64,000 bases of DNA from an uncultured Oscillospiraceae bacterium (GCA_910588145.1 CAJUPO010000002.1:32871-96870); one strand, 5' to 3'. Counted from the first letter of the stretch, positions 32,094 through 43,217 are shown. A program made the numbers and translations. Notes: generated by a model from the letters alone, not told the origin.

Positions 32094-32950
32094 CTTATCA
32101 GGCTTTCAACAGCTTCGCTTATGCGTCTTGCCACATAAGGATTGTTCATAGTATAAATGTGAATACCGTCCGCTCCGTTGGAAACAAGATCAACGATCTG
32201 GTCGATAGCATAAGCAATACCAGCGTCCCTTATAGCTTCCGGAGAGTGTTCGTATCTCTGCATCATCTTAGTAAATTTTGAAGGCAGGCTTGCACCGCAG
32301 AGGGAAACCATTCGTTCAATCTGGTTTTTATTTACCACCGGCATAATACCTGCTTCAACGGGTACGTTTATACCTGCAATCCGTATTTTCTCAAGGAATG
32401 AGTAAAAGCAGCTGTTATCAAAAAATAGCTGGGAAATAAGGTGTTCGGCTCCGGCGTCAACTTTCTTTTTTAGATTGTGTATGTCGTCAATTATGTTATC
32501 ACACTCAATATGCCCTTCGGGGTAGCAGGCGCCTGCAATATCAAAATCTCCGTTGGCTTTTATAAATTCGATAAGCTCGCTTGCATATCTGAAGTCCTTT
32601 TTCGGCGGAATATCAGGATTTATATCCCCTCTGAGCGCAAGAATATTTTCGATTCCGCTGGCTTTAAATTCATCAAGAATCTGTAATATTTCTTCCTTAG
32701 TATAATTTATACAGGGAAGATGTGCAGCCGGAACAACGCCGTACTTATTTTTAATAGCTGAAGCAATCTCGCAGGTTGAAACCTTGTTTGTGCTTCCGGC
32801 AGCGCCGTAGGTTACGCTGATAAAATCAGGATTAAGGTCGCCCAGCTTTTCAAGGGTATTGTATACAGTTTCTATGGGTGAAGTTTTTTTCGGGGGAAAA
32901 ATTTCAAAGGAAAAAACAGTTCCCCGTTCAAACATTGATTTTATTTTCAT
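32081..32950 (-). CDS. metF: 5,10-methylenetetrahydrofolate reductase
   Basis: SFEIFPPK, SVTYGA, LALRGD, YPEGH, QLFFDN. Confidence 0.96.
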   Translation of the reverse strand: MKIKSMFERGTVFSFEIFPPKKTSPIETVYNTLEKLGDLNPDFISVTYGAAGSTNKVSTCEIASAIKNKYGVVPAAHLPCINYTKEEILQILDEFKASGIENILALRGDINPDIPPKKDFRYASELIEFIKANGDFDIAGACYPEGHIECDNIIDDIHNLKKKVDAGAEHLISQLFFDNSCFYSFLEKIRIAGINVPVEAGIMPVVNKNQIERMVSLCGASLPSKFTKMMQRYEHSPEAIRDAGIAYAIDQIVDLVSNGADGIHIYTMNNPYVARRISEAVESLIRCRK

Positions 32951-32964
32951 TTTTTCTCCTTAAA

Positions 32965-33636
32965 TTAATCTATACTCCAGTTGATCTCACTGATTCCGTT
33001 TTGTCTTAAAAAGTCGTTGGTTTTAGAAAAATGCCTGCATCCGAAAAATCCGTTATATGCAGAAAGCGGACTCGGATGTGCGCAGGTTAGAATAAGATGA
33101 TTGGGATTATCTATAAGCTTTGTTTTAGCTCTTGCATTTGCACCCCAAAGCAGAAATACCATAGGTTTTTCTCTTTCATTGAGCAGCTTTATAATGTTGT
33201 CGGTAAATTCTTCCCATCCGGCGCCCTTATGGCTGTTGGCTGCTCCCTCACGGACAGTGAGAACATTATTCAGAAGAAGTACTCCGCTTTTGGCCCAGTT
33301 TGTCAATTCCCCGTGTTTACCGGTATTGTCGATTCCTGTATCGCTTTTTATTTCCTTAAATATATTTACAAGTGACGGCGGAGGAGTTACGCCTTTTTTA
33401 ACGGAAAAGCAGAGTCCATGAGCCTGTCCTAAGCCGTGGTAAGGGTCCTGACCTATTATAACCGCTTTCACATCACTGTAGGATGTATATTTCAAAGCGT
33501 TGAAAATATCATACATTCCTGGAAAGATTCGTCTTGTATTATATTCCTGAATAAGAAATTGTCTGAGTTTCAGATAATAATCCTTTTTAAATTCATCTTT
33601 CAGAAGTTCGTCCCATTCATTGTCAAATTCAACCAT
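32965..33636 (-). CDS. ung: Uracil-DNA glycosylase
   Basis: GQDPYH, PPPSL, GVLLLN, HPSPLS. Confidence 0.97.
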   Translation of the reverse strand: MVEFDNEWDELLKDEFKKDYYLKLRQFLIQEYNTRRIFPGMYDIFNALKYTSYSDVKAVIIGQDPYHGLGQAHGLCFSVKKGVTPPPSLVNIFKEIKSDTGIDNTGKHGELTNWAKSGVLLLNNVLTVREGAANSHKGAGWEEFTDNIIKLLNEREKPMVFLLWGANARAKTKLIDNPNHLILTCAHPSPLSAYNGFFGCRHFSKTNDFLRQNGISEINWSID

Positions 33637-33800
33637 GATGCTGTCTCCTTTGTCTTATAAATTAAAGATTGAAATAACTGCCAATAATTCTTTGTTTATA
33701 TTTTACCACGTAAATTAATGTTTTACAACAAAAAAATCAGTTATTCCAAAAATAATCTAAAAATAAAACCGTACCCAAAAAAGCGGTACGGTTTATAAGC

Positions 33801-33877
33801 TGGTGTTCCCGAGGTGATTCGAACACCCGACCTACCGCTTAGGAGGCGGTCGCTCTATCCATCTGAGCTACGGAAAC
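33801..33877 (-). tRNA. tRNA-Arg(CCT)
   Basis: Reverse complement GTTTCCGTAGCTCAGATGGATAGAGCG-ACCGC-CTCCTAA-GCGGT...ACCA. Confidence 0.95.
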
Positions 33878-33943
33878 ATCGCTCTAATTATATCACACAT
33901 TGTAAAAAAATGCAAGAATAAATTTTATTGCTGTTTTATAATT

Positions 33944-34381
33944 TTACATATTCAAATCACGCTGTATTACCGCAAGCTTATCGCAGCGTTCATTCTCAGG
34001 GTGTCCGGCATGACCCTTTACCCATACAAAGTTTACCTTGTGTTTCTGAAGAAGCGGAAGAAGCTGTTCCCATAAATCTACGTTGAGGGCAGGTTTGCCG
34101 TCTGATTTTTTCCAGCCTTTGCTTTTCCAGCCGTAGACCCAGCCTTTGGTGACGCTGTCAACGACATATTTGCTGTCGGTTGTAAGTGTTACCTCGCACG
34201 GCTCTTTCAGTGCGTCAAGTCCCTTTATAACTCCGGTAAGCTCCATTCTGTTATTGGTAGTTTCGTGTTCTCCGCCGGAAAGCTCTTTTATATGTTCGCC
34301 GAACCTGAGAATTACTCCATAACCTCCGGGACCGGGATTACCGCTGCACGCTCCGTCAGAAAAAATTTCAACCTTTTTAAT
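33944..34381 (-). CDS. rnhA: Ribonuclease HI; probable ATT start
   Basis: [41 protein letters not shown]. Confidence 0.95.
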   Translation of the reverse strand: MKKVEIFSDGACSGNPGPGGYGVILRFGEHIKELSGGEHETTNNRMELTGVIKGLDALKEPCEVTLTTDSKYVVDSVTKGWVYGWKSKGWKKSDGKPALNVDLWEQLLPLLQKHKVNFVWVKGHAGHPENERCDKLAVIQRDLNM

Positions 34382-34569
34382 TATGTCCACCTCAATTAAA
34401 TTCAAATAATGATTTCATTATACACTTTTTAAAGGAATTTAGCAAGGGGTGTTTATGCTGAATTTTCAGTGATGTTTCTTGACATTTAAATTTATATTAT
34501 ATATAATTATTAGAAAGAAAGAGAATTAAGACCTTTCTGACAGATTTTCACTTTTAAAGGAGTAACTAT

Positions 34570-35967
34570 ATGAAATTTAAAAGAATTCCGGCTGTATTCG
34601 CTGCTGTGGCAATGATTGCTTCAATGACAGCCTGCGAAGGCAAATCGGAGAAGTCCGGTTCAGAAGGAAAAACAGAATCCGGAGACAATGCAAATATTGA
34701 AACAGAAGCTTCCGAAAATGAGGATAGCAGCAATATCAGCGGAGAAACTATTTACTGGATGTCCGAATATGACATAAATCCGTCCGGCAGTCAAGGGCGT
34801 TCCGTGGCGCTTACGCTGTTTGAAGATGTTTACGGCGGAAAGGTGGAATGGATTCCAACAACCAGGGAAAAACGTTCAGACGATCTTGCAAACAGAATCT
34901 TAAGCGGAGATCCGGTTGATATGGTTCCGTTTACTTCTGATGTTATTCCTGACGGTATTTCCAAGGAACAGTATCAGCCTCTTGACGATTACATAGACCT
35001 TAATGACGAGCTCTGGTCGGATGTAAAGGGACTTGCCGATAAAATGGCATATGACGGAAAGCATTATGTGATTCCTTACGGCATAAGCAATCCATCATTT
35101 TTAATATACAGCCGTAAAATGATCAAGGATGAGAAACTTGACGATCCCTATAAGCTATATGAAAGCGGCAAGTGGGACTGGGACGCATTTACGGACATGA
35201 TGAATAAATTTGTTGATAATGCAGACGGTGAAACAAGATACGGCTGTGCCGGACAATTCAGCAAGCCTCTTGTACAGTCAACAGGTCAGGGATTTGTAAA
35301 CTTTGACGGCAAAACCTTTTCAAGCAATCTTGACAGTCCTGAAATTGAAAAAGCAGAGCTGCTTGTTGAAGAAATAAATCAGCAGGACCTTTTCGACTAC
35401 ACATGGTATACAAGTTTTCCTGATGATGGTTCAGTCCTGTTTTATGCTATGTCACCGTGGGCGCTTGCAGAATCAAACGCTAAAAATCCGGATGAGGATA
35501 TTTTTATTGTTCCTTATCCGAAAATGCCGAATACAGACGGCTACTATACCTGCGCAGATATAGACGCAAAAATGCTTGCAGCAAATTCAGACAAGGGACA
35601 AGCTGTGGCTAAGTATCTTGAATGCGAAAGAATAGCCCTTTTGGAAGATAAGTATACAGAGGCTGCTAAAAAGAAGGCTCTTGAAAAAACTAAGAGCCCC
35701 GGCGGCGATGAATTATTTATTACCGAGGAACAGTATAATGCAATTCTTGCCATGACGGATCCGGCAGAAGCTTCACTTGTTTATGATTTCGGTTACGGTA
35801 TGGGTTCTGAAATGTCCGCACAGTTATATGATTACAGCAAAAGAGGCGCTGTTAATAACCTTTATGACGCTATTGTTTCAGAGTATGAGGGCGCTCCCGG
35901 TTCATGGGATGAACTGAGGGACGAGTGGAAGTCTGTTGTTGAGGACGCAGTCAAAAAGTACAATTAA
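34570..35967 (+). CDS. Extracellular solute-binding lipoprotein (carbohydrate ABC, family 1-like)
   Basis: Lipobox MTAC; YDGKHYVIP and DPYKLYESGKWDWD motifs. Confidence 0.85.
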   Translation: MKFKRIPAVFAAVAMIASMTACEGKSEKSGSEGKTESGDNANIETEASENEDSSNISGETIYWMSEYDINPSGSQGRSVALTLFEDVYGGKVEWIPTTREKRSDDLANRILSGDPVDMVPFTSDVIPDGISKEQYQPLDDYIDLNDELWSDVKGLADKMAYDGKHYVIPYGISNPSFLIYSRKMIKDEKLDDPYKLYESGKWDWDAFTDMMNKFVDNADGETRYGCAGQFSKPLVQSTGQGFVNFDGKTFSSNLDSPEIEKAELLVEEINQQDLFDYTWYTSFPDDGSVLFYAMSPWALAESNAKNPDEDIFIVPYPKMPNTDGYYTCADIDAKMLAANSDKGQAVAKYLECERIALLEDKYTEAAKKKALEKTKSPGGDELFITEEQYNAILAMTDPAEASLVYDFGYGMGSEMSAQLYDYSKRGAVNNLYDAIVSEYEGAPGSWDELRDEWKSVVEDAVKKYN

Positions 35968-36017
35968 AATTCTGCACAGTAATATTTTTATGCATTTTGA
36001 TATTTTTTACAAATCAC

Positions 36018-36125
36018 TTGATTTTGTATGATTAATGTGGTATAATATACATATTGTGTATAAAGTAAGCTAAAGACCGGAATCCTCCGGTCTTTCTTAT
36101 GTATACGGCGGTTTGACATCGCCGT
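36018..36125 (+). promoter_or_regulatory. rimP operon promoter and leader hairpins (possible attenuator)
   Basis: TTGATT-17-TGGTATAAT; AAAGACCGGA-atcc-TCCGGTCTTT followed by CTT. Confidence 0.6.
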
Positions 36126-36153
36126 AATTATTAACGGGAGATTACCTTGAGTT

Positions 36154-36648
36154 ATGAAAATGAAAAAATTCGGCGGCACGGAACAAAAGGTTTACGGGCT
36201 TGCCAAACCTGTTGCAGATGAGCTGGGACTGCTTATCTGGGATGTAAGATTTGAAAAAGAGGGAGCCCTCTGGTATCTGAGGATTTTTATCGACAGTGAA
36301 AACGGAGTCAGTATCAGCGACTGTGAGGCTATGACTCGTCCGGTAAGCAAGCTGCTCGATGAACATGATCCGATACCGCAGGGGTATATGCTTGAAGTGG
36401 GCTCAGCCGGAATCGAGCGGGAGCTGTTCAGGGAATCACATTTTGAAGCCAGCGTTGGTACGGTTGTCAGAATACGAATGATTCGTGAATTTAACGGCAA
36501 AAAAGAACTTGTTGTTCTTCTTGACAATTGGGATAAGGAAAAGTTAAGCGTAACCGCTTCTGACGAGGACGGCGGCGAAAGCTTTGAAATCCCTTTGGCT
36601 GAAATAGCTTTTGTAAAGCTTTATGAAGATTTTGATGAATTATTATAG
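36154..36648 (+). CDS. rimP: Ribosome maturation factor RimP
   Basis: LRIFID..GVSISDC, YMLEVGSAGIER; first gene of the nusA operon. Confidence 0.93.
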   Translation: MKMKKFGGTEQKVYGLAKPVADELGLLIWDVRFEKEGALWYLRIFIDSENGVSISDCEAMTRPVSKLLDEHDPIPQGYMLEVGSAGIERELFRESHFEASVGTVVRIRMIREFNGKKELVVLLDNWDKEKLSVTASDEDGGESFEIPLAEIAFVKLYEDFDELL

Positions 36649-36669
36649 TAAACGGAGGAATCAGAAAAA

Positions 36670-37743
36670 ATGAATAACGGTTTTTTTGAGGCTCTTTCGC
36701 TGCTTGGAAGCGAAAACAGCGTTGATACAGAGGTTTTGGTGGAAAAGGTTAAGTCCGCGCTGCTGAAGGCTATAAAAAAGGCTTATCCGGATTGTGAAGA
36801 GTATATAAGAGTTAATATTGACCCTGTCAGCAGAAGATTTGATATGTATCTTATGAGAACGGTTGTTGACGATCAGCCAACATATTACAATGAAATCAAT
36901 ATCGATGAGGCAAGAACAATTGATCCGAGAGCTTATGTTGGCGGAACAGTTGAATATCCCCTTGACGCAGCTAAGTTCGGAAGAGCGGCTGCCCAGTCGG
37001 CTAAACAGTCTATCAAAGGAGACCTGAGAGAAATCAGCCGTGAAAATATACTTAACCAGTTCGGTGAAAAGGAAAACGAATGCATTTCAGCAGTCGTATC
37101 CCAGGTTGAACCGGGAAGCGGTACTGTTACTGTAGTTTATGATAAGACTGAGCTGTATCTGTTCAGGAATGAGCAGATTCCGGGCGAGCGCTTCAGGGAA
37201 GGTCAGCAGATAAAAGTGTTTGTTACAGGAATAGCAAATAAGGCGAAAAAGCCTATTATTAAAATTTCCAGAGCACATAGAGACCTTGTAAAGCGCCTTT
37301 TCGAGCTTGAAGTTCCGGAAATATATGACGGAATCGTTGAGATCAAGTCCATATCAAGAGAAGCAGGTGCAAGAACAAAGGTTGCAGTTTGGTCAGCTGA
37401 TCCGAATGTTGACGCTGTGGGCGCTTGTATAGGCCCTAAGAGAACAAGAATACAGGCAGTTGTTAATGAACTTAACGGAGAAAAAATCGATATAATAAAT
37501 TACAGTGAAGATCCTGCGGAATTTATTGCTAAGGCGCTTGCTCCGGCAAAGGTAATTAAGGTCGATGTTGCAGAGGGTGAATCAAAGGAATGCACTGTTG
37601 TGGTTCCGAACGATCAGCTTTCACTTGCTATCGGCAACAGGGGACAGAATGCTAAATTGGCTGCAAAGCTAACAGGATATAAAATAGATATTAAGCCTGA
37701 GTTTGAGATTCCTATAAAGGGACTTGAACCTGAAGCCGAATAA
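36670..37743 (+). CDS. nusA: Transcription factor NusA
   Basis: FGRAAAQSAKQ, S1 and KH domains, SLAIGNRGQNAKLA. Confidence 0.96.
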   Translation: MNNGFFEALSLLGSENSVDTEVLVEKVKSALLKAIKKAYPDCEEYIRVNIDPVSRRFDMYLMRTVVDDQPTYYNEINIDEARTIDPRAYVGGTVEYPLDAAKFGRAAAQSAKQSIKGDLREISRENILNQFGEKENECISAVVSQVEPGSGTVTVVYDKTELYLFRNEQIPGERFREGQQIKVFVTGIANKAKKPIIKISRAHRDLVKRLFELEVPEIYDGIVEIKSISREAGARTKVAVWSADPNVDAVGACIGPKRTRIQAVVNELNGEKIDIINYSEDPAEFIAKALAPAKVIKVDVAEGESKECTVVVPNDQLSLAIGNRGQNAKLAAKLTGYKIDIKPEFEIPIKGLEPEAE

Positions 37744-37766
37744 TCAGCTTTTTCTGGAGGGAGAAA

Positions 37767-38036
37767 ATGAAAACTAAGAAAATACCGATGAGATCGTGTC
37801 TGGGTTGCGGAGAAATGAAGCCTAAAAAGGAAATGATCCGTGTGGTAAAGGCTCCCGACGGATCGGTCTCAATAGATTTTACCGGAAAGAAATCCGGAAG
37901 AGGAGCATATATATGCCGGGAAGCCGAATGCTTCAGAACTGCAAGAAAGGCAAGAAGATTTGAAAAATCACTTTCCTGCAAAATAGAAGATAATGTTTAT
38001 GAGGAAATGGAAAATGAAATCACAGAAAATGATTAA
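37767..38036 (+). CDS. ylxR: YlxR/RnpM family RNA-binding protein
   Basis: PMRSCLGC...GRGAYIC. Confidence 0.93.
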   Translation: MKTKKIPMRSCLGCGEMKPKKEMIRVVKAPDGSVSIDFTGKKSGRGAYICREAECFRTARKARRFEKSLSCKIEDNVYEEMENEITEND

Positions 38037-38328
38037 TCTTGTTACAATCTGCCGGAAAGCAAATAAGCTTGTATCAGGCTTTGACGCTGTAAAGGAAGCG
38101 GTTGTAAGCTCAAATGCCTCATGTGTACTTACGGCGTCGGATATTTCTCCGAAAACACTTAAAGAAATAAATTTTTTCTGTCAAAGCTCAGGTGTTCCGG
38201 TGATCTCTACAGAGCTTGAGTCAGCGGAAATACATTTTGCAGTGGGGAAAAAGACAGTGGTTATGGGGGTAAATGATTCCGGATTTGCCCGAAAATTCAT
38301 TGAACTCAGCAAGGAAAACGGGAAGTAA
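38014..38328 (+). CDS. ylxQ: L7Ae/L30e-like protein (YlxQ); start approximate
   Basis: RKANKLVSG, ASDIS, GKKTVV; position in operon. Confidence 0.85.
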   Translation: MKSQKMINLVTICRKANKLVSGFDAVKEAVVSSNASCVLTASDISPKTLKEINFFCQSSGVPVISTELESAEIHFAVGKKTVVMGVNDSGFARKFIELSKENGK

Positions 38329-38407
38329 CAGTAAGTGTAAGCTTGCGTTTATATAAATTGATTAGCTAATAATAACTTTCAGTGACTAATAATAGGAGGT
38401 TTCGCCT

Positions 38408-40918
38408 ATGACGAAAAAAGTAAAGCTGTCGGATGCGGCAAAGGATTTAAAGCTTCAGGCACAGGAGCTTATAACCCTTATGGAAAATTATGACGGTGTT
38501 AAAAGAAAGAATGGTTCATCTCTCAATGAGAGCGAAATGAACTATATAATTGAACATTATTCTCAGGAAAATCAGGTGGAAAACTTTGACGAGTATTTTC
38601 AGTCAAAGGATAAGCCTGTTGAGGCTGAAGAAGCTCCCGAAGAAAAACCGGCTAAAAAGCCTGTTAAAGCAAAACAGAATAAAAAAACTGACAGCGCTAA
38701 AAAAACAGATAATAAAAAGAATGTTAGAGATGAAGATGATAAGAAGTCTAAGCCTGTAAATTCTCCGGCAGAGGAAAAGGCTTTCGAACCGAAAGCAGAA
38801 CAGAAAAAGACTGCTGAACCGGAACAGGCAAAATCCGAGCCGGTTCAGAATAAAAAGCAGAAACAGGCGGCAAAGCCTCAGAAGCACGGTGAAAAGCAGA
38901 AGCTGGGCACATCCATGTCTAATGCTGTTCCGTCAGCGACAGTTTCCGACAATAGAAGAACTGTTGATACAAGAGGTTCATATGTAAATCTTGATAAATA
39001 TAACGAAAGATATGAACAGATCGCTCCGGCAAATAAGCATAAGGATAACTATTCCAAGAAGCAGAAGATAACACAGAAGTCTGCTCAGAGAAATAAAAAC
39101 AAGTTCTCAAGCAAGAGAGAAACTGAAGCAGAAAAGCTGCGCCGTCTTGAACTTGAAAGAGCAAGAAAGCAGCAGCTTAAGGTTCTAATTCCGGATGAGA
39201 TCGTAGTAAGTGAGCTTGCTTCCCGTTTGAAAGTAACTGCTACACAGGTAATCAAAAAGCTTATGGGACTTGGCGTAATGGCTTCAATTAACGAAGTTAT
39301 TGACTTTGATACCGCTGCTCTTGTTGCCGACGAGCTTGGCGCAAAGGTTGAAAAAGAAGTTATCGTTACGATTGAAGAACGCCTTATTGATGACAGCGAT
39401 GATGATAACAATACAGAAGAAAGAAGCCCTGTTGTTGTCGTAATGGGACACGTTGACCACGGCAAGACTTCACTTCTTGACAGAATCAGAAATGCAAACG
39501 TTACAGCCTCAGAAGCGGGCGGCATTACTCAGCATATAGGCGCTTACCAGGTACAGATAAACGGCAAGGAGATAACTTTCCTTGATACTCCGGGTCATGA
39601 AGCGTTTACTTCTATGCGTGCGAGAGGCGCTGATGTTACTGATATAGCTATACTTGTTGTTGCGGCTGATGACGGTATCATGCCCCAGACAATTGAATCC
39701 ATTAACCATGCCAAGGCGGCTGAGGTTTCTATTATTGTAGCGGTAAACAAGATAGACAAGGAAGGCGCAAATATTGACAGAGTAAAGCAGGAGCTTACTG
39801 AGCATGGTCTTGTAGTTGAAGAATGGGGCGGCGATATTATGTGCGTTCCTGTTTCTGCAAAAACCGGCGACGGTATCAGCGAGCTTCTTGAAGACGTTCT
39901 CCTTATTGCCGAGATGAAGGAGCTTAAGGCGAATCCGGACAGACTTGCTAAGGGCGTTGTTATTGAAGCAAAGCTTGATAAGGGCAGAGGTCCTGTTGCA
40001 ACACTTCTTGTACAGAACGGTACTCTCCGTACAGGCGATATTATAATTGCCGGAACAGCAGTTGGCAAGGTGAGAGTTATGACCGATTACAGAGGCAGCA
40101 GACTTGACGAGGCAGGTCCTTCAGTACCTGTTGAAATTACAGGTCTTGCAGATGTTCCGAGCGCAGGCGATTCGTTTAATGCTGTTTCTGATGAAAGACT
40201 TGCTAAGGAGCTTGTTGAACAGAGAAAGCATGAAGCAAAGCAGGAACAGTTTAAGTCATTCCAGAAAGTTACTCTCGACAATATCTTCAGCCAGATCGCT
40301 GAGGGCGAAATTAAGGAGCTCCCGATTATTGTTAAGGCTGACGTTCAGGGTTCAGTTGAGGCTGTTAAGCAGTCCCTTGAAAAGATATCAAATGATGAAG
40401 TTAGAGTAAGGGTTATTCACGGTGGCGTAGGCGCTGTATCTGAAAGCGATGTAATGCTTGCGTCCGCTTCAAATGCAATAATTGTCGGCTTTAACGTAAG
40501 ACCTAATCCGGTAGCCGAGGATACTGCTAAGCGTGACGGAGTGGACATAAGGCTTTACAGAGTAATTTATGACGCAATTGAAGAAATAACTACAGCTATG
40601 AAGGGTATGCTTGCACCTAAGTTCAGAGAAGTCGGAGTAGGTAAAGCAGAAGTAAGAATGGTTTATAAGATTTCTAACGTAGGTCTTGTTGCCGGTTCTT
40701 ATGTTATAGACGGTAAGATTACAAGAAACTGCGATGTCAGAGTTGTAAGAGACGGAATTGTTGTTGCAGAAGATAAAATAGATTCCTTAAAGCGTTTCAA
40801 GGACGACGCTAAGGAAGTTGCAAAGGGCTTTGAATGCGGTATCAGTCTTGAAAGATTTGCTGATATAAAAGAAGGAGATATTCTTGAAGGCTTTATAATT
40901 GAAGAATACAGAGATTAA
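38408..40918 (+). CDS. infB: Translation initiation factor IF-2
   Basis: [24 protein letters not shown]. Confidence 0.98.
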   Translation: MTKKVKLSDAAKDLKLQAQELITLMENYDGVKRKNGSSLNESEMNYIIEHYSQENQVENFDEYFQSKDKPVEAEEAPEEKPAKKPVKAKQNKKTDSAKKTDNKKNVRDEDDKKSKPVNSPAEEKAFEPKAEQKKTAEPEQAKSEPVQNKKQKQAAKPQKHGEKQKLGTSMSNAVPSATVSDNRRTVDTRGSYVNLDKYNERYEQIAPANKHKDNYSKKQKITQKSAQRNKNKFSSKRETEAEKLRRLELERARKQQLKVLIPDEIVVSELASRLKVTATQVIKKLMGLGVMASINEVIDFDTAALVADELGAKVEKEVIVTIEERLIDDSDDDNNTEERSPVVVVMGHVDHGKTSLLDRIRNANVTASEAGGITQHIGAYQVQINGKEITFLDTPGHEAFTSMRARGADVTDIAILVVAADDGIMPQTIESINHAKAAEVSIIVAVNKIDKEGANIDRVKQELTEHGLVVEEWGGDIMCVPVSAKTGDGISELLEDVLLIAEMKELKANPDRLAKGVVIEAKLDKGRGPVATLLVQNGTLRTGDIIIAGTAVGKVRVMTDYRGSRLDEAGPSVPVEITGLADVPSAGDSFNAVSDERLAKELVEQRKHEAKQEQFKSFQKVTLDNIFSQIAEGEIKELPIIVKADVQGSVEAVKQSLEKISNDEVRVRVIHGGVGAVSESDVMLASASNAIIVGFNVRPNPVAEDTAKRDGVDIRLYRVIYDAIEEITTAMKGMLAPKFREVGVGKAEVRMVYKISNVGLVAGSYVIDGKITRNCDVRVVRDGIVVAEDKIDSLKRFKDDAKEVAKGFECGISLERFADIKEGDILEGFIIEEYRD

Positions 40919-40977
40919 ATCCCGGAATGCGGGAATAATATTCCCGCAGGCTTTGTCCTGAGAAGGAGGTTAATATT

Positions 40978-41313
40978 ATGTCAAGTTTTAAAGTCGGAAG
41001 AATGGCAGAGGATATAAAAAGAGAGCTTACAGCAATTTTCAGGGAGCTTAAGGATCCCAGGATCAACGGACTGCTGACTGTTGTCAGAGTTGATCTTTCA
41101 AATGATCTTTCACACTGCAAGGTATATGTTTCCTGCTTTGAGGGAATAGAAAAGGCAAAGGAATCTGTCAAGGGACTGACAAGCGCTTCTGGATTCATAA
41201 AAAGAGAGCTGTTTCATAGACTTCCTATGAGAAAATGTCCTGATTTAAAGTTTATTGCAGACGATTCTATTGCAATCAGTGCAGAGATAAATGAAAAGCT
41301 GAGAGGACTTTGA
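40978..41313 (+). CDS. rbfA: Ribosome-binding factor A
   Basis: KDPRI, DLSHCKVYVS, PDLKF..DDS. Confidence 0.95.
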   Translation: MSSFKVGRMAEDIKRELTAIFRELKDPRINGLLTVVRVDLSNDLSHCKVYVSCFEGIEKAKESVKGLTSASGFIKRELFHRLPMRKCPDLKFIADDSIAISAEINEKLRGL

Positions 41314-41360
41314 AAAATATTAAGGGGGTGCGTATCCGGTGCAAAAACACCGGTCAGCAT

Positions 41361-42329
41361 ATGAATATAGATTATACTGAAGCAGCAAATATTATAAGAA
41401 ACTGTAAAAGTGCATATATTCTGATTCATCAGAGCCCGGACGGAGACTGTATAGGCGCTGGAACAGCATTATATCATATTTTGAAATACCTGGGCAAAAA
41501 AGCTAAGGTAGTTTGCCCTGATGAAATTCCGGAAAGATATGGGTTTATGCGTAAAGGCTATATAGATGAGGATTTTGAACCGGATTTCATTATATCAACC
41601 GATGTAGCCGACGCTAATCTTCTCGGCGCCCTTAAGGAAGAATACGGAAATCAGGTGGGATTGTGCATTGACCATCATATTTCAAATACGGGATATGCGG
41701 AAAAAACTTTGCTCAGACCGGATGCGTCCGCTACCTGCGAGCTGATTTATGAGCTTATGGAAATTCTTGAAGTGCCGCTGACAGACGATATTACAAGATG
41801 TATTTATACAGGTATCGCAACTGATACAGGCTGCTTTAAATATGAAAATACCACAGCAAGATGCCATGAAATAGTGGCAAACTTAAAACGCTGCTGCAAC
41901 ATCTGCTATGCCCGGATAAACAGGGATATGTTTGATGTGAAGAGCAGGGGCAGAATGAAAATCGAAAGATTTGTTTCTGATATAATGGAATACTATCTTA
42001 ACGACCAGTGTACCATGATTTGCGTTACAAGCGATATTCTTGACGAAATGAATGTTGACTCTTCCGAGCTTGAGGGTCTTGCTGGAATACCCCTGCAGGT
42101 AGAGGGAGTAGAGGTAGGCGTTACAATAAAGCAAAAGGATGAGGACAGCTATAAAATATCCATGCGGTCTGCAAACGATGTGAACGTATCAGAAATATGC
42201 GCTTCACTGGGCGGCGGCGGTCATGTGAAGGCGGCAGGCTGTCTGCTGCACGGTACTCTTGATGAGGTTAAAAAGAAAATTGTAGACGCTGTTGAGGAAG
42301 GTATAAAAAAATGCAGTGCAACGGCATAA
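41361..42329 (+). CDS. nrnA: DHH-family phosphoesterase (NrnA-like); start uncertain
   Basis: HQSPDGD, IDHH, TDTG, GGGGHVKAAG. Confidence 0.88.
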   Translation: MNIDYTEAANIIRNCKSAYILIHQSPDGDCIGAGTALYHILKYLGKKAKVVCPDEIPERYGFMRKGYIDEDFEPDFIISTDVADANLLGALKEEYGNQVGLCIDHHISNTGYAEKTLLRPDASATCELIYELMEILEVPLTDDITRCIYTGIATDTGCFKYENTTARCHEIVANLKRCCNICYARINRDMFDVKSRGRMKIERFVSDIMEYYLNDQCTMICVTSDILDEMNVDSSELEGLAGIPLQVEGVEVGVTIKQKDEDSYKISMRSANDVNVSEICASLGGGGHVKAAGCLLHGTLDEVKKKIVDAVEEGIKKCSATA

Positions 42330-43204
42330 TATGCGTTAACAAGCCGGCAGGTTTTACGTCCTTTGACGTTGTTGCCAAGCTTCGGGGCATTCTGAAAATG
42401 AAAAGGCTGGGGCATTCCGGTACTCTTGATCCTATGGCTACAGGAGTGCTGCCGGTTTTTGCCGGAAGCGCTGCGAAGGCGATAAGCATTATTCCGGTTG
42501 GCGATAAAAAATATACGGCAGGGTTTAGACTGGGTCTGACAGCAGATACTCAGGATATAACAGGAAAGATCATATCTGAAAGCGAATTTGATGTTTCTCC
42601 TGAACAGGTCAAAAGCGCTGCGGAAAAATTAACAGGTGGAATAAAACAGATCCCGCCCATGTTTTCAGCGGTTTCAGTAGGCGGAAAGCGTTTGTATGAG
42701 CTTGCACGTCAGGGAATTGAAATTGAAAGGGAAGCAAGAGATATTACCGTTTATTCCATAGATATACTGTCCTTTGATGAAAAAACGGGACAGGGAAAGC
42801 TGAGTATTTTCTGTTCAAAGGGAACCTATGTGCGTACTATAATTCATGACATGGGTGTTATTTTAGGCTGCGGCGCAGTGATGACAAGTCTTGTCAGAAC
42901 CAGTTCAAACGGTTTTTCCATAGAGGACTGCTATACTCTGGAACAGCTTGAAGCGCTGCGTGATGAAGAAAAGCTTGAATCGGCTGTCATTCCTGTTGAA
43001 CGGCTTTTTTCGTCATTGCCTTCAATTATACTGGATAAAAGAAAAACCGCGCTCTATAAAAACGGAGTAAAGCTGCGGTTTGATCAGCTTGACGGCATTT
43101 CAGAAGAAAAATTTTATAAGGTTTACGGTGACGATGGTTTTATCGGAACTGCAAAGGCTGATTTTGAAGAAAAAATATTAAGGGTCGATAAAAATCTTTA
43201 TTAG
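42311..43204 (+). CDS. truB: tRNA pseudouridine(55) synthase
   Basis: GHSGTLDPMATGVL, CSKGTYVRT. Confidence 0.96.
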   Translation: MQCNGIICVNKPAGFTSFDVVAKLRGILKMKRLGHSGTLDPMATGVLPVFAGSAAKAISIIPVGDKKYTAGFRLGLTADTQDITGKIISESEFDVSPEQVKSAAEKLTGGIKQIPPMFSAVSVGGKRLYELARQGIEIEREARDITVYSIDILSFDEKTGQGKLSIFCSKGTYVRTIIHDMGVILGCGAVMTSLVRTSSNGFSIEDCYTLEQLEALRDEEKLESAVIPVERLFSSLPSIILDKRKTALYKNGVKLRFDQLDGISEEKFYKVYGDDGFIGTAKADFEEKILRVDKNLY

Positions 43205-43217
43205 GCGGTGTACACAA

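Noticed and set aside
41322..41363. SD-like AAGGGGGTG separated from the DHH gene ATG by a small hairpin (CCGGTG/CACCGG)
   Set aside because: The start codon is uncertain and the stem is short; not enough support for a hairpin-bridged RBS
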